Positions 8,760-17,450 of a stretch of 20,000 nt of DNA are shown in pieces. This DNA comes from an uncultured virus (IMG/VR IMGVR_UViG_3300027896_000030). Taxonomy: Duplodnaviria; Heunggongvirae; Uroviricota; Caudoviricetes. The notes beneath the pieces were generated by a model that did not search any database, was not told where the DNA came from, and saw nothing but the letters and a program-made list of their open reading frames with translations. The stretch is from IMG/VR virus record IMGVR_UViG_3300027896_000030, one strand, 5' to 3'. Each line of letters opens with the position of its first letter. Positions within the stretch are counted from its first letter, which is position 1. The position numbers and the translations under genes are program-made.

Positions 8760-9926
8760 TTATATTGATTTCATTTTAAAATGTTTTTCAACAAAAGCTG
8801 CAATATCTTTAACTAACATATAATAATCTACAATGATATCATCAATCTGTTCTTTATATGTTTTTAAATTTTGAACAACTGTTCTGTATATACTAAAAGC
8901 TTCAGATGTTATTTTAGCAACTTCTTGTAATTCTACATCTGGAGAATTTGTCAAAATTTTATCTAGTAAAGCTAATTTATAATATATTTTTTTAAGAACA
9001 TACAATCTACCAATTGCAGTTGGTGTTTTTGATGGTCCAGTTTCTATGGGTTGTCCGGTCATTGGATCTATTTGACCCGGCATTCCCATTCCTCCCATTC
9101 CACTAACTCCACCCATCATTCCCATTTGTATTGCTTGTGGATCAGTAGTATCACCGAATCCCTTTAATGGATCTGGTTTTTGTGATTGAGCAATTGGTAT
9201 TCCGGTGTTTGGATCTATTGTCGCAGGCATCCCTGTATTAGGATCTATTGCTCCACTTTGAATATTTGAATCTAGTGTTATTCCAGTATTTGGATCTGTT
9301 GCTACTGGTATTCCTGTATTAGGATCTATTATTCCTTGATCAGAACCTGACGATTTGTACTCGCCTATTCTTGATTGAATTTCTCTTGTCTGTGCTTGTA
9401 ATCTAGCGATTTCAGCTTCTTCTTTTGATTGTGGTTTTTCACCAGCAACTTCAGCGACTGTTTCTTCACCAGCTTTTTGATCATTCTGTTGCTCTTCATC
9501 ATCTTCACCAGGAACTTTAGATAACTCTTCATCATTTTCTTCTTCATTAATCGAATTTTTAGTATCAATTGGTTCTAAAACATCTTCATCAATTGATTCT
9601 GGTTGAACTTGTGTTGGGGGTTGCTGTGGCTGTACTTGTGGTTCATTAATTGGATTACCAGATGATAGATCAACATCTGTGGGTTTTTTTACATCTACAG
9701 TTTTAACTTCTGCTTTATGATCTACTTCTTTTTGTTTTAATTTAGCATTATCTAATTTAGCAGTTTGAATTTGATTTTTTGCTCTTAATAGTTCTGCTTT
9801 AGTTCTAATTATTTCAGCTTTCTTTTTAATAGCTACGATCTTAGGATTATTTCTAAAATCTGCTATCGTTTCAGTCTTAGATGCTTCATTAATTAAAATC
9901 TCGCTCATTAATTTAAAATTATTCAT
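8760..9926 (-). CDS. low-complexity head-module protein with DPNTG repeats and C-terminal helical domain
   Basis: Likely start ATG at 9926 with GGAGG SD, just after the portal stop. Five (I/T)DP(N/M)TG units, a GM-rich tract and an acidic tract. Confidence 0.75.
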   Translation of the reverse strand: MNNFKLMSEILINEASKTETIADFRNNPKIVAIKKKAEIIRTKAELLRAKNQIQTAKLDNAKLKQKEVDHKAEVKTVDVKKPTDVDLSSGNPINEPQVQPQQPPTQVQPESIDEDVLEPIDTKNSINEEENDEELSKVPGEDDEEQQNDQKAGEETVAEVAGEKPQSKEEAEIARLQAQTREIQSRIGEYKSSGSDQGIIDPNTGIPVATDPNTGITLDSNIQSGAIDPNTGMPATIDPNTGIPIAQSQKPDPLKGFGDTTDPQAIQMGMMGGVSGMGGMGMPGQIDPMTGQPIETGPSKTPTAIGRLYVLKKIYYKLALLDKILTNSPDVELQEVAKITSEAFSIYRTVVQNLKTYKEQIDDIIVDYYMLVKDIAAFVEKHFKMKSI

Positions 9927-9927
9927 C

Positions 9928-12009
9928 TTAGAATCCTCCACCCATTCCACCAAGAACACCACCCATTCCACCATTATCAGGTGGCGCTTCTGTTAATTCT
10001 TGCTTAAGTTTTTCCATAGCTGCAAATTTTTCAATCTCATCCCAATCAAGATGTGGCAAGTATTTCTTTTTCATATATTCAACAGGAACACCCAATGCTT
10101 TAAGTGCTTCTATTAATCTTTGCATTTGTTCAACATATTCCATCTGGTGTTCATATGGACTAATTCTTGGTTCTTGGAATGTAATTTTTACTAAATCTAA
10201 CTTTTCATAATCATCAAATACTAATTTATATATTTTTTCAAATAACTCTTTTAATGGAATTGATAGTTCTTTTTGATATGAAATAATCGTTCTTGTGAAA
10301 TTAATATTTTCCGCAGTAAGTAATGATCTATTAGATGTATTTTCTTCTAATCCGAGATATGGAGCAGGCACTCCAAGATTTGCAACGATATTATCTCGCA
10401 TGAATTTCAATGGTTCAATATCATCTTGGGGATTCATTCCCCATTCCATTTTGTCAAATTCTACAAATTTCTTACCATCTCGCATCGGAACATAGATTGT
10501 TTCAAATGTAGGAATTTGAGATGGAATAGTATTAATACTACCCATGGTATCAACTGATACTTTTTTCTTACTAAGACCTTCTTTAATAGATTCGATGATA
10601 TTTTTAGCATCTCTTGGGAGACCAGTTTCAACAGATACTACTCTTTTATCTGTAGCATACGATAATCTTTTAATTGTTGTTGCGGTTTTAAGAGCTATTA
10701 ATAATCTACAATCAAAATTAACACATTCAAAAATAGATTCTCCGTATGGATCATTTGTTTCTGTATTAATTCTAAAGTGAACCATTAATTCTGGAGCTAC
10801 ATATCTTATTTTTAAATCATCATTATTTTTTAATGAATTAAGATAATTTAGAATAGTATCTTTCATATCATCAGAGATTAAAATTTTATCATTTGGATCT
10901 TTTAATTGACTATGAATTTGATTAATGATATTTACACATAGACCATCAACAGTATTTGAAGCTGAGTTCATCATTGATGATGTACTTGCCATTGTTCTAG
11001 GATCTATTTTTGGAAAAATAAGATATCCTAAACAGGTTTTAAATCTTTGAGTCTCAAGTCTAATAACATATCTGCTATCATGTATAGCAATAAATAAATC
11101 TCGAAGTTGTTGTTTATCTTTATCTTCTGTTGATATATCAGATTTTTTCTCAGGATTAGAAAATTCAGAATCGAATTTTGGTTTATCTTCACCGACAGCA
11201 TGCGGATCTTTACTAATATTTGGATTAGTATAATCTTTAGATATAACTGCTCTACCACCGGAAATATTTGCACCAGCAAAATATGGAGCAACACCACTTA
11301 ATACTCCACTAAAATAAGAAGCTTCTAATTGAATTTTATTTTTTCTTGCTTCGGTTTCTTCTTTACCATCTTTCATTATTTGCATATTAAAATCATATTC
11401 AATAGCTGGACCAATATCAAATGATGAATTATTGAGTAGAGTATGCTGTTTTCCTTCATGAAGAATAGTAAGAGCATTTTCACCTTTTGGTGATGCAACA
11501 ATTTCAATAAAATTATCACCTTTTTTAAGCGTAGTTTTAATAATATTTTTAATCTTATTTTCTAAATTTATTTTCTTTTCTATTTTCTTACATCTTGCTA
11601 TAGTAGTTTTAATAGTTGTATTTTCATCTTCAACATCAGCAACATACTGTAAACTTGTTTTGGTGATATCATCTGGTGAAATAATATGATCAACTAAACA
11701 TTCTAATGCTCGTTGACAGTAAGATATTTTTTTAACTATTGCTTCATATTCGCCATATCTAGAGATTCTTCCACCTTGATCAAAAGATTGAATCTGAGCC
11801 ATTCCGGTTTGTAAACCCTTTAAAACGTTTTCTGGAGAAGAATCTCCAACCTTAGAAATTAAATTTTTGATAGTTTCTAAGTATTTATTTCTATCGGAAG
11901 TCAAACTAAATTTTTCGATAGATCTAAATGACCCATCAATTTCTTTATCAATCTCGGATGTTTTAGTACCGAGAATTGTGGTTTTTAATGAGTTAAATAA
12001 ATCATTCAT
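9928..12009 (-). CDS. gp20: portal vertex protein, T4 gp20-like
   Basis: 693 aa; PYGESIFE, RDNIVANLGVPAPYLG, ENINFTRTIISYQKEL; GGMGG tail; position upstream of protease and capsid. Confidence 0.85.
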   Translation of the reverse strand: MNDLFNSLKTTILGTKTSEIDKEIDGSFRSIEKFSLTSDRNKYLETIKNLISKVGDSSPENVLKGLQTGMAQIQSFDQGGRISRYGEYEAIVKKISYCQRALECLVDHIISPDDITKTSLQYVADVEDENTTIKTTIARCKKIEKKINLENKIKNIIKTTLKKGDNFIEIVASPKGENALTILHEGKQHTLLNNSSFDIGPAIEYDFNMQIMKDGKEETEARKNKIQLEASYFSGVLSGVAPYFAGANISGGRAVISKDYTNPNISKDPHAVGEDKPKFDSEFSNPEKKSDISTEDKDKQQLRDLFIAIHDSRYVIRLETQRFKTCLGYLIFPKIDPRTMASTSSMMNSASNTVDGLCVNIINQIHSQLKDPNDKILISDDMKDTILNYLNSLKNNDDLKIRYVAPELMVHFRINTETNDPYGESIFECVNFDCRLLIALKTATTIKRLSYATDKRVVSVETGLPRDAKNIIESIKEGLSKKKVSVDTMGSINTIPSQIPTFETIYVPMRDGKKFVEFDKMEWGMNPQDDIEPLKFMRDNIVANLGVPAPYLGLEENTSNRSLLTAENINFTRTIISYQKELSIPLKELFEKIYKLVFDDYEKLDLVKITFQEPRISPYEHQMEYVEQMQRLIEALKALGVPVEYMKKKYLPHLDWDEIEKFAAMEKLKQELTEAPPDNGGMGGVLGGMGGGF

Positions 12010-12409
12010 GTTGTGTCATTTTCGTTCTTAGGACTTTTGAAATTTCATCCTGCTCTAATCGTTGTCTAAAATAAAAAATAATGTTTTTAATTAAAACGCT
12101 ACGACGACTATAGAATTCAGTAAATAATTTTTCATTTTCAGAACCCATTATTTCTAATGATAATTTAATGAAATTTCGTTCTATTGTTTCTAATTGATCT
12201 TTTTGAACGTTTGTTAATCCCTGCGATGTATATGCAATAAGTTGATCGTTATAAATAACTTGATATGAAGTTTTTAGGAAATGATCCAGAAGTGATAAGA
12301 TTATTTTATATTTGTTCATGAATTGATAACGACGAATCTGTCGAACCATTATCAATAGAATAGTAATTAAAACAACTATAAAAAGTAATTCATATATCAA
12401 AAACCACAT
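12002..12409 (-). CDS. N-terminally membrane-anchored hypothetical protein
   Basis: MWFLIYELLFIVVLITILLIMV then RQIRR; overlaps the portal start by 8 nt. Confidence 0.75.
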   Translation of the reverse strand: MWFLIYELLFIVVLITILLIMVRQIRRYQFMNKYKIILSLLDHFLKTSYQVIYNDQLIAYTSQGLTNVQKDQLETIERNFIKLSLEIMGSENEKLFTEFYSRRSVLIKNIIFYFRQRLEQDEISKVLRTKMTQHE

Positions 12410-12726
12410 TATTTTTTCTCCATAGATAATTTATTTAGATATGGTTTAATTGTTTTTTCATTTGAATCTTTAGATATTCTATCTGTGTTTTCTTGAGAAG
12501 GATCGATTTGAAAATTTTCTAGATTTTTGTTGGTTATTAAAATAGATTGAATTTCTGATGGTCTAATTACTAAAATATCGTTTTGAGTTTCAAGAATAGA
12601 AATTTTATCTGAAGACATAACTTCTAAAATTTGATTTTTAATTTTATCTGGCGTATCAGAAGAATCTGTTAAAATTACAGGTTTAGTTGCATATCGTTGA
12701 TAAACAATAATTTTTCTAATGGACAT
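12409..12726 (-). CDS. hypothetical protein
   Basis: 105 aa; AGGAG SD; TAATG overlap with the next gene. Confidence 0.7.
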   Translation of the reverse strand: MSIRKIIVYQRYATKPVILTDSSDTPDKIKNQILEVMSSDKISILETQNDILVIRPSEIQSILITNKNLENFQIDPSQENTDRISKDSNEKTIKPYLNKLSMEKK

Positions 12727-12793
12727 ATGATCTCCTAGAGTTGTTGATTTTATTTATTAATTATTAGATAAATTAACATTTTATTTTCTATTT

Positions 12794-12842
12794 GAAAGAA
12801 ACAAGGGAATGGCAGTTTCAATCAAGAAACCACCATCCCCTT
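12794..12842 (-). terminator. intrinsic terminator
   Basis: Minus strand AAGGGGATGGTGGTTTC-ttgatt-GAAACTGCCATTCCCTT then GTTTCTTTC. The 17-bp stem uses three G-U pairs that form only on the minus strand. Confidence 0.75.
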
Positions 12843-12864
12843 TAAGTTGTAAATCTAAAAAGAA

Positions 12865-14187
12865 TTAATCTTCAAAAGATTCTTCTATTTCAATTTCATC
12901 TAATTCTGAACTAGTATCTTCTGACAGATTCATTTCTCTGATTAATCTCTCTACGATTGTTTCTTCAGTATTCTCGCGAGCAATAATTGATTCTTTGACT
13001 CGAGCTTTCTTATCTACATCAAGAGTATGTTCTTCTGTTCCAGCTTCTTCTTCAGCAGCTTGGGTTTCAGGAGATTCATCTTTCTCTTCTTCAGGAGTTT
13101 CTTCAGATTCATCATGATCAGGTACTTCTTCTGTTTCTTCTACTTTATTTACTTCATCTTCTTCACCAGGAAGGCGAGAAAGTTCATCATCTTCAGAATT
13201 TTTTCCGACGATGCCTTGTGCTTCGCCTTCTTCTACTTCCTCGGGTTCTTCCTCAGGAGTTTCCTCAGGATTTTCCTCAGGTGTTACTTCAGATTCTTCA
13301 CCGGGAAGTTCATCCATGCCGTCGTCGACTTCTTCGTCTCCGCCAACACTATCAGTCTCTTCTTGCATTTCTTCTTCTAACTTTCCATCGTCGGTTTCTT
13401 CTTCATCTTCACCGGGAACTTTAGACAGTTCTTCATCATCTAATTCTTCGGTTCCGGGTTCTTCAGGAACTTCTTCATTTTCTTCATTTACGTTTGCATT
13501 AGCTGGAAGTCTGTTTTCTTCAGGAAGTCCTTCAGATTCTTTTTCCATGCCATCAATTTCATCATCGCCGAGTGTTTCATCATTAGCAAGAGTTGCGCCG
13601 TCATCACCAATTTTTACAGCTCTACTTTCATCACCAACAGCTTCATGATCGGGTTCATTTTCTAAATTTTCTTCAATCTCTGCTGGTTCATCGCCATCTT
13701 CAAAGATTGTGCTTTCTACACAATCTTCGCACTCATCAGGATCTTTAGCTAACTCTTCTTCATTTTTATCTTCATCATCTTCTTTATCTTCAGAAGATTC
13801 TGTTGCAAGAGTCTTATCATCTGTCTTGGCATCAATAATAGTCTTTTTTAGTTCGTCTTTCTTTTGAGGACTTACATGTGCAACACCGGTTGCTTGCGTT
13901 GCTACATCACCAACGCTTGTTTCTTTAGTATCATTATGAACTTTGGTAACTGGACCAGCACCCTGAGCAACTCTGGTCTCTTCACCTTCTTTTACTACCG
14001 GAAGATCACCATCTTCTTGCTGATACATTCTTTCAAGCACTGATACAACATTGTTTGCTTTCTTGTGTGTAGGAAGCAAACCATTACCTTTATAATTTAG
14101 AATATCATTGACAGTATGTGATGTTTTTGACATTCCATCAAAACTAATTAAGCTCTCTTTTAGAATCTCTGAGTATTTCTTTTTCAT
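12865..14187 (-). CDS. highly acidic low-complexity protein, probable prohead core/internal protein
   Basis: 440 aa, very Glu/Asp-rich; N-terminus MKKKYSEILKE|S; GGAG SD; own terminator. Confidence 0.75.
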   Translation of the reverse strand: MKKKYSEILKESLISFDGMSKTSHTVNDILNYKGNGLLPTHKKANNVVSVLERMYQQEDGDLPVVKEGEETRVAQGAGPVTKVHNDTKETSVGDVATQATGVAHVSPQKKDELKKTIIDAKTDDKTLATESSEDKEDDEDKNEEELAKDPDECEDCVESTIFEDGDEPAEIEENLENEPDHEAVGDESRAVKIGDDGATLANDETLGDDEIDGMEKESEGLPEENRLPANANVNEENEEVPEEPGTEELDDEELSKVPGEDEEETDDGKLEEEMQEETDSVGGDEEVDDGMDELPGEESEVTPEENPEETPEEEPEEVEEGEAQGIVGKNSEDDELSRLPGEEDEVNKVEETEEVPDHDESEETPEEEKDESPETQAAEEEAGTEEHTLDVDKKARVKESIIARENTEETIVERLIREMNLSEDTSSELDEIEIEESFED

Positions 14188-14280
14188 TATTTTTTCTCCA
14201 TTGCTATACTTGTAACTGGTTTACTAAAAACCTTTTTAGTTTAAAAACCTATAATTTATTCAGTTTTAAATGTAAATCGA

Positions 14281-14715
14281 TTAGAAAAAATTATTTGGTG
14301 TTTGATTTTCTTTTGATGTCTTAAAAGGTATTGCATGATCTATAGCATTACTATCAAAAATTTTGAATTTTGAAAAACATGATTTCAGAAGTGCATAAAC
14401 ATTTTTTGGTCCGCTTCTATTTTTTCCGATTGTAACTTTAAATTGACCAAATTCAGAAGAACTTCTAATATCTGATTTTTCATCTTGTTCTTCAACTTTA
14501 TTTTTGATAATAGCTACATGATCTGAGTGTTCAACTTTTTTAATTGATTCACCCATATTTGCTAGAGTCACTTCTTCTTTACCATCATATGCTGAATTAT
14601 GAGTAAGAATATCATTAGCCAAAAATAAATGATTACCTTCAACCTCTATATCCATAGTTTCAAATTCACCGCACTCTTCAATAGATATAATTTCATCTTC
14701 AATTATTGAATTCAT
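14281..14715 (-). CDS. dnaB: helicase C-terminal part: 40-aa IntC of a split intein plus 104-aa DnaB C-extein
   Basis: DIEVEGNHLFLANDILTHN|S (intein blocks F/G, His-Asn, Ser+1), then ESIKKVEHSD and GKNRSGP helicase motifs. Confidence 0.92.
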   Translation of the reverse strand: MNSIIEDEIISIEECGEFETMDIEVEGNHLFLANDILTHNSAYDGKEEVTLANMGESIKKVEHSDHVAIIKNKVEEQDEKSDIRSSSEFGQFKVTIGKNRSGPKNVYALLKSCFSKFKIFDSNAIDHAIPFKTSKENQTPNNFF

Positions 14716-16265
14716 TTTCTCTTTCCTTAATCTTTAAAATACAATCTTGTAATATTAAATCGGGTTCTTTTCTATATTCATCTTCCCATATTTCAAACAA
14801 TTTAAAACCAAAAGATTCTAATTTTTCTTTCTTTTTTGCATCAAAATCCCAAATTTCTTGAGCAGTTAATTCTTTATAAAATGGATTTGGACAATCTGTA
14901 TTTTTATACATTTTTGGGTTTGCATGAAAAATATTACCATTAAATTCAAATGCTAATTTAATTGATGAAATAACAAAATCATAACAATAACAATAACCGG
15001 TATCGGCTTTAATAAATTCCATATTTAATTTTGAAAAATATGTTTTTTCTTTTAAATTATTATTTAGATTATTGTATATATCCCAAAATAATTTTTGTGA
15101 TATAGGAGAACAAAATACAGACACTGTTTTTTCTTTCCATATTGTAAATTTCTTCCTTCCTTCTATATCACCATATTTTGATATCATTCTTTCTAATGTT
15201 ATTCCAACTTTATTACAAAATTCTTTATATTTGATAGTGCCGATATCTTCACCATATCTAGTAATAAAAGATTTTAGTGACGTATGATCTTTTTGAAATT
15301 TCATTATTTCTTGATAATTATCACCGAACCGCTCTTTAAAACTTTCTTCAGAAGAAGAATACCATATTTTATCCATTCTTTTTTTCCAAATATTTGTCCC
15401 ATCTATAATACCGTGCTGTTCTATAAATCCAGCTAATGATTGTACTTTTTTTACATTTTCTTTTATTTTTAAATAATTTTGTTTTCCACCGAGTTCACCA
15501 TACATTTCGATTTGTCGATCTAAAGACCAATTTCCTTTATTTCTATTACAAAAATCTAAATGTTTTTTAGTTCCAAGTTCCGACCCACATCGTTCTATAA
15601 AACCATCTAACGACATCAATTTTTTATTTTGAATTTTATTAAATTTTTCTACACCCTCTGTTTCGCCATATTGTTCGATAAAATATTCTTTTGAACGCAC
15701 ATTGCTCAAAGTCGCACGATATTTATTATATCTGAGTTTACCATCTATTTCACCAAATCTCAAAATAAAAAATTTCAAAGAAATATTTCTTGGATTCTTT
15801 AAAAGTTCTAACAATCTATCTTTATAATTAGATACCTTATATTTAACAAAATTAGCTAATATTTTAATTTTTGAATATGGGTTTGAATCATATACTAAAT
15901 CTATCACAGATGTTATCTCGTTTCGTTCTATCTCAGATAAAATATAATTATCTCCAAGAATATCTTTCCATAACTTTGATTTTTCAATCCACTCGATTGT
16001 TTTTTGCATATAATTTATCTCCAATCTGTAAACCAGAATCAATATTTTTTAAACCAGAAGTAGTTGGAAAAACATGTTTGGAACTGCATATTATTTCTTT
16101 TCCTGATTTTGTTTTAATTTTATAACATTTTTGTTTTTTAATTGGAGATATATATTTTACTCTAACAAATCCAGAATCATTTTCTATTTCATCATTAATT
16201 TTTACATTTTTAAATTCAATATTTCCACCGCCTTTTATATTTATTCTAGATGAAACAGCAAGACA
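14596..16265 (-). mobile_element. split-intein/homing endonuclease cassette (IntN 15984..16265, HEG, IntC 14596..14715)
   Basis: Cys1 codon at 16263-16265 follows TQLNR; terminal Asn codon at 14596-14598; the three ORFs are in three different frames. Confidence 0.9.
14699..16009 (-). CDS. free-standing Vsr-like homing endonuclease with 8 helical repeats
   Basis: Likely ATG at 16009 with GGAG SD. Repeats S-L-x-x-F-I-x-x-(Y/F)-G-x-x-x-G; C-terminal YDF......AFEFNG..FHANP...D..K......GF....IWE nuclease motif. Confidence 0.85.
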   Translation of the reverse strand: MQKTIEWIEKSKLWKDILGDNYILSEIERNEITSVIDLVYDSNPYSKIKILANFVKYKVSNYKDRLLELLKNPRNISLKFFILRFGEIDGKLRYNKYRATLSNVRSKEYFIEQYGETEGVEKFNKIQNKKLMSLDGFIERCGSELGTKKHLDFCNRNKGNWSLDRQIEMYGELGGKQNYLKIKENVKKVQSLAGFIEQHGIIDGTNIWKKRMDKIWYSSSEESFKERFGDNYQEIMKFQKDHTSLKSFITRYGEDIGTIKYKEFCNKVGITLERMISKYGDIEGRKKFTIWKEKTVSVFCSPISQKLFWDIYNNLNNNLKEKTYFSKLNMEFIKADTGYCYCYDFVISSIKLAFEFNGNIFHANPKMYKNTDCPNPFYKELTAQEIWDFDAKKKEKLESFGFKLFEIWEDEYRKEPDLILQDCILKIKERENEFNN

Positions 16266-17429
16266 CCGATTTAGTTGAGTAACAGTAACGTATGGTATTC
16301 CTTGCATAACAGCAGCAACTTTCATATCGATAGTTACTTGACCTAATTCTAATCGATGCAAATCAAAAGTTTGACCTGATTTTAGTAAATCAAGGTAATC
16401 TACATATACTCCTCGTAACTCACTTTTATTACCACTTCTTTGTTTTATTGTTTCACCATATGAAACTAAATCACTTACCGATGTTAAAGTTGGTGGAAAA
16501 TAAGCCATCACAATTTTACTATGATGATCCATTTGCCATTCTTTTAATGTTTTTGCTATAATTTTTTTCTTATCATCAAATTGTTCAATTAAATCAGTAA
16601 CTTTTTCATTCGTCAAATTACAATATAAACGAACCAAAGATTCATCAACTAAATTTTCAAGAGTATAGTAAGCATAAATATTTATTTTACCATCTTCATT
16701 TTTATTTTTTGAAGATTCTACTGCATTCTTTAAATAATTTATTAGCAAAACAGATTTACCATCCCCACTAGTTCCACCATAAATATACAATCGAGTAGGT
16801 TCAAAGCCACCATTCATATACTTATCTAATTCAGCATATCCAGTACTAATTGAATTTTTACCAGAATAACTAATTGCGATTTGATTGATTACATCTTCGT
16901 AATTATCATCCAATAAATCCAATTCTTTAATTGCTGCTCTGGCTTCTTTTCTTTTCTGTTCTAGTACACGAGTATGAAATTTAGAAATTAATCCAGACCA
17001 TGTATTAATAGCTTCTTTAGATGTTGTGAATGCATTTGATTTTAATTTTTTCGAAAATTCTTCTAATACAGGAAGGTCCTGTGATAAAAAAGATGATTGT
17101 TTTCTTTCAGAAATCTGCTCTATTGCAACTGGAATTTTTGAATCTTCAATTCTTCGTTTTTCGATTGTTTTGATAAAAGGTTCTAATTCAATAAAATGAC
17201 CACCACTCAGCAATGAATCGATAATATATTCTGATGTCTTTTTATCCACTCTATACTTTGCAGAAATTTTACACAATTCAAACTTAGATCGAAATTGTAT
17301 TGCCGTATCTTCTTCGTTATATGAATCTAGTATGAAACTAATATCTCGAATTACAGAGTCTGTAAATTTTGGATTATCATCCAAAAGTATAGCACAGCAT
17401 AGATTAATAAATTGTTCTGTTAAAATCAT
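15984..17429 (-). CDS. dnaB: DnaB/gp41-like replicative helicase N-terminal part (388 aa) fused to a 93-aa IntN
   Basis: STGYAELD, Walker A GGTSGDGKS, Walker B VYVDYLDLL, TVTQLNR, then intein block A CLAVSSRI and block B ICSSKHVF. Confidence 0.93.
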   Translation of the reverse strand: MILTEQFINLCCAILLDDNPKFTDSVIRDISFILDSYNEEDTAIQFRSKFELCKISAKYRVDKKTSEYIIDSLLSGGHFIELEPFIKTIEKRRIEDSKIPVAIEQISERKQSSFLSQDLPVLEEFSKKLKSNAFTTSKEAINTWSGLISKFHTRVLEQKRKEARAAIKELDLLDDNYEDVINQIAISYSGKNSISTGYAELDKYMNGGFEPTRLYIYGGTSGDGKSVLLINYLKNAVESSKNKNEDGKINIYAYYTLENLVDESLVRLYCNLTNEKVTDLIEQFDDKKKIIAKTLKEWQMDHHSKIVMAYFPPTLTSVSDLVSYGETIKQRSGNKSELRGVYVDYLDLLKSGQTFDLHRLELGQVTIDMKVAAVMQGIPYVTVTQLNRCLAVSSRINIKGGGNIEFKNVKINDEIENDSGFVRVKYISPIKKQKCYKIKTKSGKEIICSSKHVFPTTSGLKNIDSGLQIGDKLYAKNNRVD

Positions 17430-17450
17430 TGACCAGTCCTTATATTATAT

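Noticed and set aside
13027..13648. Three plus-strand ORFs (Phe-, Ser- and Leu/Arg-rich)
   Set aside because: Antisense shadows of the GAA/GAT-rich acidic gene.
14699..16042. Group I intron or single contiguous intein in the helicase
   Set aside because: The space between the intein halves is fully coding, leaving no room for a ribozyme core. Three frames with their own starts fit a split intein.
17404..17418. AGAACAATTTATTAA resembling the promoter motif
   Set aside because: Lies within the first codons of the helicase and is a weaker match; plausible by chance in AT-rich DNA.
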